From Eubacteriales bacterium (lineage in GTDB: Bacteria; Bacillota; Clostridia; Oscillospirales; CAG-272): a DNA stretch of 34,311 nt. The stretch's first letter is position 1. Each line of letters begins with the position of its first letter. Below the pieces are notes generated by a model. That model did not search any database. It saw only the letters and a list, made by a program, of their open reading frames with translations, and had not been told where the DNA came from. Location: contig JAZOAA010000176.1 of assembly GCA_045595265.1 (NCBI GenBank), positions 1-34,311 of the forward strand, in the 5' to 3' direction. Shown piece by piece: positions 26,956 to 34,311 of this stretch. Made by a program: the position numbers and the translations under genes.

Positions 26956-28770
26956 GTGACTGAAAAACAAAAACACATACGAAACTTTTCAATAATTGCT
27001 CATATAGATCACGGTAAATCAACGTTAGCGGACAGAATCCTTGAAAAAACGAGAACTGTTGCAACTCGTGATATGGAGGAGCAGCTGCTCGATAATATGG
27101 ATCTTGAGCGCGAGCGCGGGATTACGATAAAAGCCAGAGCTATAAGACTTTCGTACACTGCCAAAGACGGTGAAGAGTATATCTATAACCTTATAGATAC
27201 TCCCGGACACGTTGACTTTGGCTACGAGGTTTCACGCTCGCTTAAAGCATGCGAGGGTGCGCTTTTGGTCGTTGATGCAACGCAGGGAGTAGAGGCTCAG
27301 ACTTTAGCTAATGCTTATCTTGCGATTGATAACGACCTTGAAATACTGCCTGTTATAAATAAAATAGATCTTGCATCTGCTGATATCAAAGGAGCGCGCC
27401 GCGAGATAGAGGATATTATAGGAATCCCTGCAGAGGACTGTCCTGCCGTTTCGGCAAAGAACGGACTTAATATTGAGGATGTTCTTGAGAAGATCACAAC
27501 CGACATACCGGCACCCAAAGGCGAGGTTGAAGAGCCGCTAAAAGCTCTCATCTTTGATTCATACTATGACGCTTATCTCGGTGTTGTGGTATATATACGC
27601 GTCTTTGACGGTGAGGTAAAGGCGGGCGATAAGATAAGACTTATGTCCACCGGTGCTGAATTTGAGGTGTTCGAGGTCGGAACGATGGAGCCGTTCGGGC
27701 TATCCAAGTGTGATGCTCTTTCCGCCGGCGAGGTTGGTTATATTACGGCATCTATTAAGACAGTCGGAGATACCAAGGTCGGTGATACTATAACTCTTGC
27801 TTCCAGACCTGCCGTCGAGGCTCTTCCCGGATTCCGTGAGGTGCATCCAATGGTGTATTCGGGTATATATCCCGCGGATGGTGCAAGATATGGAGATTTG
27901 CGTGAGGCGCTTGAAAAGCTTCAGCTTAACGATGCATCGCTTGTATTCGAGCCTGAAACGTCAATAGCTCTCGGATTTGGCTTTAGATGCGGATTCCTTG
28001 GACTTTTGCATATGGAAATTATCGAGGAGAGACTTGAGTGCGAGTTTAATCTCGACCTTATAACAACCGCACCGTCCGTTATATATAAGGTAGAGCTACG
28101 TAATGGAGAAACCGTTATGATAGATAACCCCTCGAAGTTCCCGACGGCGGATGAAATTTCAACTGCCTATGAGCCTATAATGAAGGCGACCATAATAACT
28201 CCTACCGATTACATCGGCGGAATAATGGATCTTTGTCAGGAAAGACGCGGTGTGTTTATTGATATGAAATATATAGACACAGAGCGCGCGGAGATACATT
28301 ATGAATTGCCTCTTAACGAAATAATTTATGATTTCTTTGACGCTCTTAAGAGCAGGACGAAGGGTTATGCATCTCTCGACTACGAGCTTAAGGGCTATAA
28401 GTCGTCAAAGCTTGTTAAGCTTGACTTTATGCTTAACGGTGAGGTCGTTGATGCACTTTCCTTTATAGTCTTTGAGGAGCGCGCCTATGGAAGAGCGAGA
28501 AAAATTGCCGAAAAGCTTAAGGAAAATATTCCACGTCAGCTCTTTGAGATTCCCATTCAGGCGACTATTGGCTCGAAGATTATCGCGAGAGAAACCGTCA
28601 AGGCAATGCGCAAGGACGTATTGGCCAAGTGCTACGGCGGTGATATAACCAGAAAGAAGAAGCTGCTTGAAAAGCAGAAGGAAGGTAAGAAGAAAATGCG
28701 CAAGCTCGGCAGCGTTGAGGTTACGCCCGAGGCATTTATGGCGGTTCTCAGGCTTGATGATGAAAGCTGA
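26956..28770 (+). CDS. lepA: Elongation factor 4
   Basis: [65 protein letters not shown]; GTG start. Confidence 0.98.
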   Translation: MTEKQKHIRNFSIIAHIDHGKSTLADRILEKTRTVATRDMEEQLLDNMDLERERGITIKARAIRLSYTAKDGEEYIYNLIDTPGHVDFGYEVSRSLKACEGALLVVDATQGVEAQTLANAYLAIDNDLEILPVINKIDLASADIKGARREIEDIIGIPAEDCPAVSAKNGLNIEDVLEKITTDIPAPKGEVEEPLKALIFDSYYDAYLGVVVYIRVFDGEVKAGDKIRLMSTGAEFEVFEVGTMEPFGLSKCDALSAGEVGYITASIKTVGDTKVGDTITLASRPAVEALPGFREVHPMVYSGIYPADGARYGDLREALEKLQLNDASLVFEPETSIALGFGFRCGFLGLLHMEIIEERLECEFNLDLITTAPSVIYKVELRNGETVMIDNPSKFPTADEISTAYEPIMKATIITPTDYIGGIMDLCQERRGVFIDMKYIDTERAEIHYELPLNEIIYDFFDALKSRTKGYASLDYELKGYKSSKLVKLDFMLNGEVVDALSFIVFEERAYGRARKIAEKLKENIPRQLFEIPIQATIGSKIIARETVKAMRKDVLAKCYGGDITRKKKLLEKQKEGKKKMRKLGSVEVTPEAFMAVLRLDDES

Positions 28771-29869
28771 TCCCATAGGACTTTACGTACACATTCCTTT
28801 TTGCGTAAAAAAGTGCGCTTACTGCGATTTTTGCTCGTTTCCTTATTCGGATGTTTCCTGGCGTGAGGCTTATATAAAAAGACTTTGCAAAGAAATATCC
28901 GAATATAAGGGAAGAGAAATTGAAGTAAACAGTATATTTTTCGGAGGAGGAACTCCGTCGCTTCTTTCTTCTGACGAGTTTTGTAAAATCACAGACTCGA
29001 TTAAGAATTCGTTTTGGGTTTCATCGGATACGGAGTTTACAATAGAGGCAAATCCGAAAACGTTAACTGAAAAAAATCTTCTTTCGTACATGGAATGTGG
29101 AGTGAATCGTATTAGCATCGGATTTCAGTCTATTCATCAAAACGAACTGAAAAAATTGGGCAGAATACACAGTTGCTCTGATTTTTGGGATTCGTATACA
29201 CTCGCAAGACGCGTAGGAATCCGTAATATCAATATAGATTTGATGTACGGAATACCTGATCAAACATATGAAAGCTTTTCCAAAACGCTTGACACTGTAA
29301 AGGAACTTTCCCCCGAACATATTTCGGTTTACGGCCTTATACTCGAGGAGGGAACACCTTTATATAAAAGCAGAAAATCGCTTTTCCTTCCGAACGAGGA
29401 CGAGGAGTGCGAAATGTATTATCTTGCTTCCAAAAAGCTCTCGTTAGGCGGATACTCTCACTATGAAATATCAAATTATGCAAAGCCCACTTACGAGTGC
29501 AGACATAATTTGAAATATTGGCATAATGAAGAATATATCGGTTTTGGTATCAGCGCTCATTCTTATTACAGCGGAAAAAGATTTTCAAATTCTGATAATA
29601 TATCGGCATATTTAGACGAGAAATGTGAAAAATATATTTCAGAAGACGCGGATGCAGAATACGAATACGTTATGCTTAGATTAAGGCTTTCCGAGGGGTT
29701 TTCACTGTCGGATTATTGCCGCCAGTTTGGTAATAATTTTTTGCACGGTAGGGAATCTTATATAAAAAAGTTATCAGACCTTGGATACCTTACGCTTTGC
29801 GGTGACAGACTCTCACTTACGGAAAAGGGCTTTTATGTAAGCAACTCGATTCTTTGCGAGTTGATATAA
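28757..29869 (+). CDS. hemW: Radical SAM heme chaperone HemW (HemN-like)
   Basis: [36 protein letters not shown]. Start is ATG 28757 or 28760, overlapping the end of lepA. Confidence 0.93.
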   Translation: MMKADPIGLYVHIPFCVKKCAYCDFCSFPYSDVSWREAYIKRLCKEISEYKGREIEVNSIFFGGGTPSLLSSDEFCKITDSIKNSFWVSSDTEFTIEANPKTLTEKNLLSYMECGVNRISIGFQSIHQNELKKLGRIHSCSDFWDSYTLARRVGIRNINIDLMYGIPDQTYESFSKTLDTVKELSPEHISVYGLILEEGTPLYKSRKSLFLPNEDEECEMYYLASKKLSLGGYSHYEISNYAKPTYECRHNLKYWHNEEYIGFGISAHSYYSGKRFSNSDNISAYLDEKCEKYISEDADAEYEYVMLRLRLSEGFSLSDYCRQFGNNFLHGRESYIKKLSDLGYLTLCGDRLSLTEKGFYVSNSILCELI

Positions 29870-29876
29870 AAAGCAC

Positions 29877-29905
29877 TTGACATTTTAATAAATATAGTAT
29901 AAAAT
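29877..29905 (+). promoter_or_regulatory. sigA-type promoter of DUF1292, and probably of the 6S RNA
   Basis: TTGACA-17-TAAAAT. Confidence 0.75.
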
Positions 29906-29936
29906 ATAAGCAACAAGATAGATTGGAGTTATAGAA

Positions 29937-30251
29937 ATGGCTGATATGGAAAAGAATATTAATGAAGAGGTTGACGAACTTGGCGAGTCTCCCGTTTTCA
30001 CTCTTACCGATGAGGAAACAGGCGAGGAATGTGATTTTGAGCTTCTTGCAAGAGCTACAATAGATGAGAAGCTTTATTTCGCACTTGTTCCCGCAGATGA
30101 TGAGGATGCCGAGGAGTACGTTATTCTCAGAGTTTCCGAGGACGGTGACGATATTCTCATGGAGAGCATTGAGGATGACGATGAGTTTGACAAGGTAGAG
30201 GAGTATTTCAACGATCTCTTCTTCTCTGAAGTAGATTACGACGAGGAATAA
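29937..30251 (+). CDS. DUF1292 (YrzB-like) acidic protein
   Basis: FTLTDEETGEECDFE...YFALVP...SIEDDDEFDKV..F. Confidence 0.88.
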   Translation: MADMEKNINEEVDELGESPVFTLTDEETGEECDFELLARATIDEKLYFALVPADDEDAEEYVILRVSEDGDDILMESIEDDDEFDKVEEYFNDLFFSEVDYDEE

Positions 30252-30263
30252 AACGAGATTTTT

Positions 30264-30476
30264 CCTGCGTGGTGCGTGATATTGTGATATTTGAACCTAC
30301 ACACATTGCTAGGGAGTCCGGATAAACTTCTGCTTTCGGGATGCAGGCCTCCCGCCGAGGGCGCTTATCTTAAGTGATGACCCCCTCTAAAGCGGACGTT
30401 GGAAGCGCAAAGAAGCAGAGAGGACACCCACCTGGATTTACCGGGTTAAAACTTTTACTTTACACGGCCTCGCGGG
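30264..30476 (+). ncRNA. ssrS: 6S RNA (SsrS), about 213 nt
   Basis: Closing stem CCTGCGTGGTGCGTG / CACGGCCTCGCGGG; TTGAACC pairing with GGGTTAAA; GGGAGTCC / GGACACCC; the Firmicute-type CACCCACCTG bubble strand. No ORF, and a terminator follows. Confidence 0.85.
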
Positions 30477-30481
30477 TTCAC

Positions 30482-30519
30482 AAAAGAGACGATCTGATTT
30501 TTCAGGTTGTCTCTTTTTT
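30482..30519 (+). terminator. Intrinsic terminator after the 6S RNA
   Basis: AAAAGAGACGATCTGA-tttt-TCAGGTTGTCTCTTTTTT. Confidence 0.85.
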
Positions 30520-30600
30520 CTTTTTTAAGACTTGATATCCGTCTTTTTTTCTTATTATGAGCATATATTTTTATAAGAAAAAGAAAGGAAATTAAAAATT

Positions 30601-33189
30601 ATGCAAGAAAGCATGACGGGGCTAACTTTAGCCGAGGTTTCATTATCTCGTGAAAAATATGGTACAAACGCTTTGATTAAGGAAGCAAGCAGGGGGTTTT
30701 TTGGAAGATTTTTTGAAAATCTTTCCGATCCTATTATCAGGATTTTGCTTATTGCTTTGACGATAGAGATAGTATTTACCTTCGGAAACTGTAACTTTTT
30801 TGAAATTGGCGGGATCGTTGCCGCTATTTTGATATCCACCACGGTTTCTACACTTTCCGAGTACAGAAGCGAAAAGGCATTTGAAAAAATGAACGCTGAT
30901 GCTGATGATACCGAGGTGTCGGTAATAAGGGAAGGAAAAATAGTAAAAATATCTATCTGCGATATTGTTGTAGGAGACGTAGTCTATCTTTCATCAGGCG
31001 AAAAAATATGTGCAGACGGGACCTTGATCTCGGGTAAAATTAGTGTTGATCAATCATCACTTAACGGAGAGAGCATTGAGTGCCGTAAGGAAGCGGGACG
31101 GTCCTACGGCTGGGAGCTTTCATCAAAGAGCAGGGTTTTCCGAGGGACTGTTATTACCTCAGGCAGCGGAGTTATGCGTGTTGAACGCGTTGGCAATTCC
31201 ACGTATTACGGTATGGTAGCGAAGGACGTGCAAACCGAAACCCGAGAAAGTCCTCTAAAATTAAGGCTTTCAAAACTAGCAACTCAGATCAGCCGCATTG
31301 GCTATGTTGTCGCCGTAATTGTGGGTGCCTGTTATCTTTTTTCTGCATTTGTTGTCGATAATTCCTTCTCGCCGGAGGAAATATCAAAGTATTTCAAAAA
31401 TTACACCTCTGTTTTCGAAACGCTTCTTCATGCATTGACTCTTATGATAACCGTTGTTGTCGTAGCAGCCCCGGAGGGCTTACCAATGATGATAACCGTG
31501 GTTCTTTCTGCCAATATGAAGCGGATGCTAAACGATAAAATACTTGTAAAAAAGCTGGTAGGTATAGAAACTGCCGGCTCGATGAACATACTTTTTACTG
31601 ATAAAACCGGCACTCTTACAGTCGGACGACCGGAATGTGACCAAATTATAACAGCAAATTCTACATATAAAAATATAAGAGGACTTTCCGAATCAAAAAA
31701 GCTTTTTGAATACCTTAACATTTCGGCGAAATATAATACCGATATAGTGCGACAGGGGGATACACTTACGTCGGGCAATACTACCGACAAAGCTATTTTT
31801 ACTTTTTTTCAAAGCGGAAAGTCACCTGACATTACAGTAAAAGAAAAGATCCCCTTCACAAGTGATAAAAAATACTCCTCTGTTACCTTAAGCGACGGAA
31901 GAGTTTTTATAAAGGGTGCGGCAGAGGTTATATTAAAAACGGCAAAATATGCAATAAACGATAATGGCGAGAAAATTCCCTTTAATTATAATGAAATTTA
32001 TTCTAAATATCATGAGGCGGCATCGTCTGGTCAAAGAGTTATTTGCGTTGCAATGAAGGAGTCGGAGAGAGCGGACACGGTATTTTTGGCTATGATAGTG
32101 ATGAAGGACAGACTCAGACGCGGTGTAACTCGCGCTGTACGCGATGTAATGAATGCTGGAATACAGATTGTTATGATAACCGGAGATTCAAAGGAAACAG
32201 CAACAGCAATAGCATGCGAATGTGGTCTTATGAGCCGTGACGGCTCTCATATTGCCTTAAGCAGCGCTGAGCTTGCACAAATGAAGGATAACGAGGTAAA
32301 AGAAATTTTACCAAGTTTAAGGGTTATAGCGCGTGCGCTTCCGCAGGATAAGGCAAGACTTGTAAGGCTGTCACAGGAGCTTAATCTCGTTGTGGGAATG
32401 ACGGGTGACGGTATAAACGATGCTCCCGCACTTAAACTGTGCGACGTAGGGTTTAGCATGGGCTCGGGAACTGATATAGCAAAGAGTGCCTCGGATATAG
32501 TAATTTTGGATGATAGCTTTATGGCTATATCTAAAACCGTTCTTTACGGAAGAACAATTTTCAAGTCGATACGAAAGTTTATCACCTTCCAGCTGATAAT
32601 GAATTTAGCGGCATGCGGTGTTTCTCTTCTTGGACAATTTATAGGAATTGATACTCCGATAACTATTATTCAAATGCTGTGGGTAAATATCATTATGGAC
32701 ACTCTTGGCGGACTTGCATTCGCGGGAGAGCCGGCGCTTGAATATTATATGAGCGAAAAGCCAAAACGGCGCGATGAGCCTATTCTATCCCGTGAAATGC
32801 TGAAGCATATATTCATACAAGGCGCATATTCTCTTGCGTTGTGCATTTTCTTCTTAACGTCTTTTGTTTTTAAGGACGTTTATAGGTTTTATTCCTCGCC
32901 CGATGCTTTTTACACGGCATTTTACGCACTTTTTATATTCCTCGGTATATTTAATTGCTTCGGTGCGCGTTCTGAACGTATGTGGATCTTTTCTAATATA
33001 ACTAAAAACAAGCTCTTTATAGCAATAATGATAGCCATATCGGTAATACAGATATTTATGATATATTATGGCGGAGAAGTATTCCGTTGCGTTCCTTTGA
33101 GCATGAAGGAGCTTGGTTTTGTCTTAGGTTTGGCACTAACCGTGATTCCGTTTGATATGGTCAGAAGAATAATAGAAAAATTAAAATAG
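30601..33189 (+). CDS. P-type II cation (Ca2+, PMCA-like) transporting ATPase
   Basis: PEGLP, DKTGTLT, KGAAE, MITGD, TGDGINDAPAL, TM6 WVNIIMDT. Upstream CATATATT (30562-30569) resembles a sigE -10. Confidence 0.93.
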   Translation: MQESMTGLTLAEVSLSREKYGTNALIKEASRGFFGRFFENLSDPIIRILLIALTIEIVFTFGNCNFFEIGGIVAAILISTTVSTLSEYRSEKAFEKMNADADDTEVSVIREGKIVKISICDIVVGDVVYLSSGEKICADGTLISGKISVDQSSLNGESIECRKEAGRSYGWELSSKSRVFRGTVITSGSGVMRVERVGNSTYYGMVAKDVQTETRESPLKLRLSKLATQISRIGYVVAVIVGACYLFSAFVVDNSFSPEEISKYFKNYTSVFETLLHALTLMITVVVVAAPEGLPMMITVVLSANMKRMLNDKILVKKLVGIETAGSMNILFTDKTGTLTVGRPECDQIITANSTYKNIRGLSESKKLFEYLNISAKYNTDIVRQGDTLTSGNTTDKAIFTFFQSGKSPDITVKEKIPFTSDKKYSSVTLSDGRVFIKGAAEVILKTAKYAINDNGEKIPFNYNEIYSKYHEAASSGQRVICVAMKESERADTVFLAMIVMKDRLRRGVTRAVRDVMNAGIQIVMITGDSKETATAIACECGLMSRDGSHIALSSAELAQMKDNEVKEILPSLRVIARALPQDKARLVRLSQELNLVVGMTGDGINDAPALKLCDVGFSMGSGTDIAKSASDIVILDDSFMAISKTVLYGRTIFKSIRKFITFQLIMNLAACGVSLLGQFIGIDTPITIIQMLWVNIIMDTLGGLAFAGEPALEYYMSEKPKRRDEPILSREMLKHIFIQGAYSLALCIFFLTSFVFKDVYRFYSSPDAFYTAFYALFIFLGIFNCFGARSERMWIFSNITKNKLFIAIMIAISVIQIFMIYYGGEVFRCVPLSMKELGFVLGLALTVIPFDMVRRIIEKLK

Positions 33190-33194
33190 TAATG

Positions 33195-33223
33195 TTGACA
33201 AACTAAAGCCTCGGTGATATAAT
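33195..33223 (+). promoter_or_regulatory. Consensus sigA promoter of the GH43 gene
   Basis: TTGACA-17-TATAAT with extended TG. Confidence 0.8.
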
Positions 33224-33244
33224 AAATCAAAAAAGGGAAAAACA

Positions 33245-34186
33245 ATGAAGCTTAAATTTGACCGAAAAGACAAAAAACAAGCCGACCCTTTTATTTTTGA
33301 GGACAACGGCAAATTTTATATTTTTGTTAGCGGTATCAATATAGGCGGTGTTGAGGCGTATTCTTCAAACGATATTTTCGGAGAGTGGAAATACGAGGGC
33401 ATTGTAACCGACTTTGCTGCCGGTTGCTTTGACTTTTGGGCGCCATCTGTAATCAAATACCGCGGCAAGTATTATATGTATGTGTCTTGTAGAGAGAGTC
33501 AAAAGTCCAATCAGTATATGCACGTTGCAGAATCTGACACCCCTCTGGGTCCTTACAAAAATGCGAAAAAGATATATGACGAGTTTTCGATTGACTCCCA
33601 CGCGGTAGAAACAGAGGACGGACTGTATCTTTGGCTTTCGATGAACGATTGGAACTTTGACGAAACCCGTCGTGCAGGCACGAGAATTTTTGTTGTAAAA
33701 ATGAAAGACCCTTACACCCCTGACGGTGAGCCTGTCGAAAAGGTTATTCCAACTCTTGATGAAGAGAAATTCACCCCGCAGTGCAATGATAAAATTCAGT
33801 GGCACACCATAGAGGGTGCGTTTTGGTTTAGAGAAGGTGACTGGCAGTATCTTATGTATAGCGGAGGATGCTACGAGGACGAGACGTACCATATAGGCTA
33901 CTGCGCCGCAAAAAGCGATGAACCAGATTTAAGAAAAGTCGATTTTATAAAGTATACCGACGGTGGCAAATTTTCTCCCATAATCACAAGAAACGATTTT
34001 GAAGAGGGAACAGGTCACCACAGCGTTATAAAATATAACGGTGAATATTATGCCGTCTACCATGGCAGAGATATCGGTGTATATGATAAAAATGCCGAAT
34101 ATGTCGAAGAACGGACTGCCAGAATTTGTAAATTGCATATCATGGACGGGAACATAATCGCAGATCAGCATGAAGATGAAATATAA
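33245..34186 (+). CDS. Glycoside hydrolase family 43 (five-bladed beta-propeller), cytoplasmic
   Basis: ADPF (general base), WAPSV, SIDSH (pKa modulator), TIEG (general acid), GHHSV, YHGR; no signal peptide. Confidence 0.9.
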   Translation: MKLKFDRKDKKQADPFIFEDNGKFYIFVSGINIGGVEAYSSNDIFGEWKYEGIVTDFAAGCFDFWAPSVIKYRGKYYMYVSCRESQKSNQYMHVAESDTPLGPYKNAKKIYDEFSIDSHAVETEDGLYLWLSMNDWNFDETRRAGTRIFVVKMKDPYTPDGEPVEKVIPTLDEEKFTPQCNDKIQWHTIEGAFWFREGDWQYLMYSGGCYEDETYHIGYCAAKSDEPDLRKVDFIKYTDGGKFSPIITRNDFEEGTGHHSVIKYNGEYYAVYHGRDIGVYDKNAEYVEERTARICKLHIMDGNIIADQHEDEI

Positions 34187-34311
34187 TTCTGCCGCGAATT
34201 AAATGACAAAATACAAAAACGGAACGGAATAAGGTTGCTTTTTTGTATTTTGTTATTTAATTCGGGGCAGAATTATATTTTATCTTTATGCCGCTCTGCA
34301 ATTATGTTCCC
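34148..34311. repeat. Long inverted repeat, arms >=72 bp (65/72 identical), 20-bp spacer, running off the window end
   Basis: 34148-34219 versus the reverse complement of 34240-34311; ungapped, 7 mismatches by manual alignment. Confidence 0.92.
34273..34311 (-). CDS. Partial: 3' end of a probable convergent GH43 paralogue or remnant (...GNIIAERHKDKI*)
   Basis: The minus-strand translation matches the GH43 C-terminus GNIIADQHEDEI* with the stop at the same position. Only 13 codons are visible. Confidence 0.5.
   Translation of the reverse strand, partial: GNIIAERHKDKI

Noticed and set aside
30187-30215. Internal TTGACA as a dedicated 6S RNA promoter
   Set aside because: The -10 at 17 bp is poor (AACGAT) and it lies about 50 bp from the predicted 5' end.
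449-34171. Numerous 60-175 aa antisense or out-of-frame ORFs in the track (e.g. 5087-5521, 21957-22457, 23553-23780, 33365-33892)
   Set aside because: They overlap well-supported genes or the tRNA, and lack SDs and recognisable motifs; treated as shadow ORFs.
34148-34311. DGR template/variable repeat pair
   Set aside because: Mismatches are not confined to adenines on either strand (c/t, t/g, a/g, g/c, three g/a), and no reverse transcriptase is in the window.
1-34311. CRISPR array, IS/transposase, prophage or rRNA
   Set aside because: No regularly spaced direct repeats, mobile-element genes or rRNA-like sequence were seen by eye.

Overview
Chromosomal segment of an AT-rich, endospore-forming Clostridia-type Firmicute (pro-sigK, a sigF-type promoter, Firmicute 6S RNA, fakA/fakB, ndoA-type mazF). 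Bases 1-8.5 kb are an accessory-looking + strand cluster: a 5'-truncated giant protein with six tandem ConA/LamG-like beta-sandwich modules, a 413-aa unknown protein, an unannotated 52-aa peptide, a secreted paralogue of the giant protein and a TIM-barrel glycoside-hydrolase-like gene. The rest is mostly housekeeping and sporulation: ruvAB, pdxR-like/pdxK, S1-domain protein, orphan mazF, NCS2 permease, DUF378, sigK, atypical regulator, DUF11 protein, TIM/HD pair, fakA/degV, tRNA-Leu(CAA), degenerate prephenate-dehydratase-like gene, TIGR03905, phosphohexomutase, lepA-hemW, DUF1292, 6S RNA, Ca2+ P-type ATPase and GH43. Most notable unannotated signals: (i) a 19/20-bp inverted repeat that would fold the mazF read-through transcript over the start codon of the S1-domain gene, one arm overlapping a sigE-like promoter; (ii) the 52-aa leader-like peptide within the surface-protein cluster; (iii) a 72-bp tail-to-tail inverted duplication of the GH43 3' end running off the window; (iv) a 6S RNA with an enlarged apical domain. 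All family calls come from motif recognition by eye; no database searches were run.
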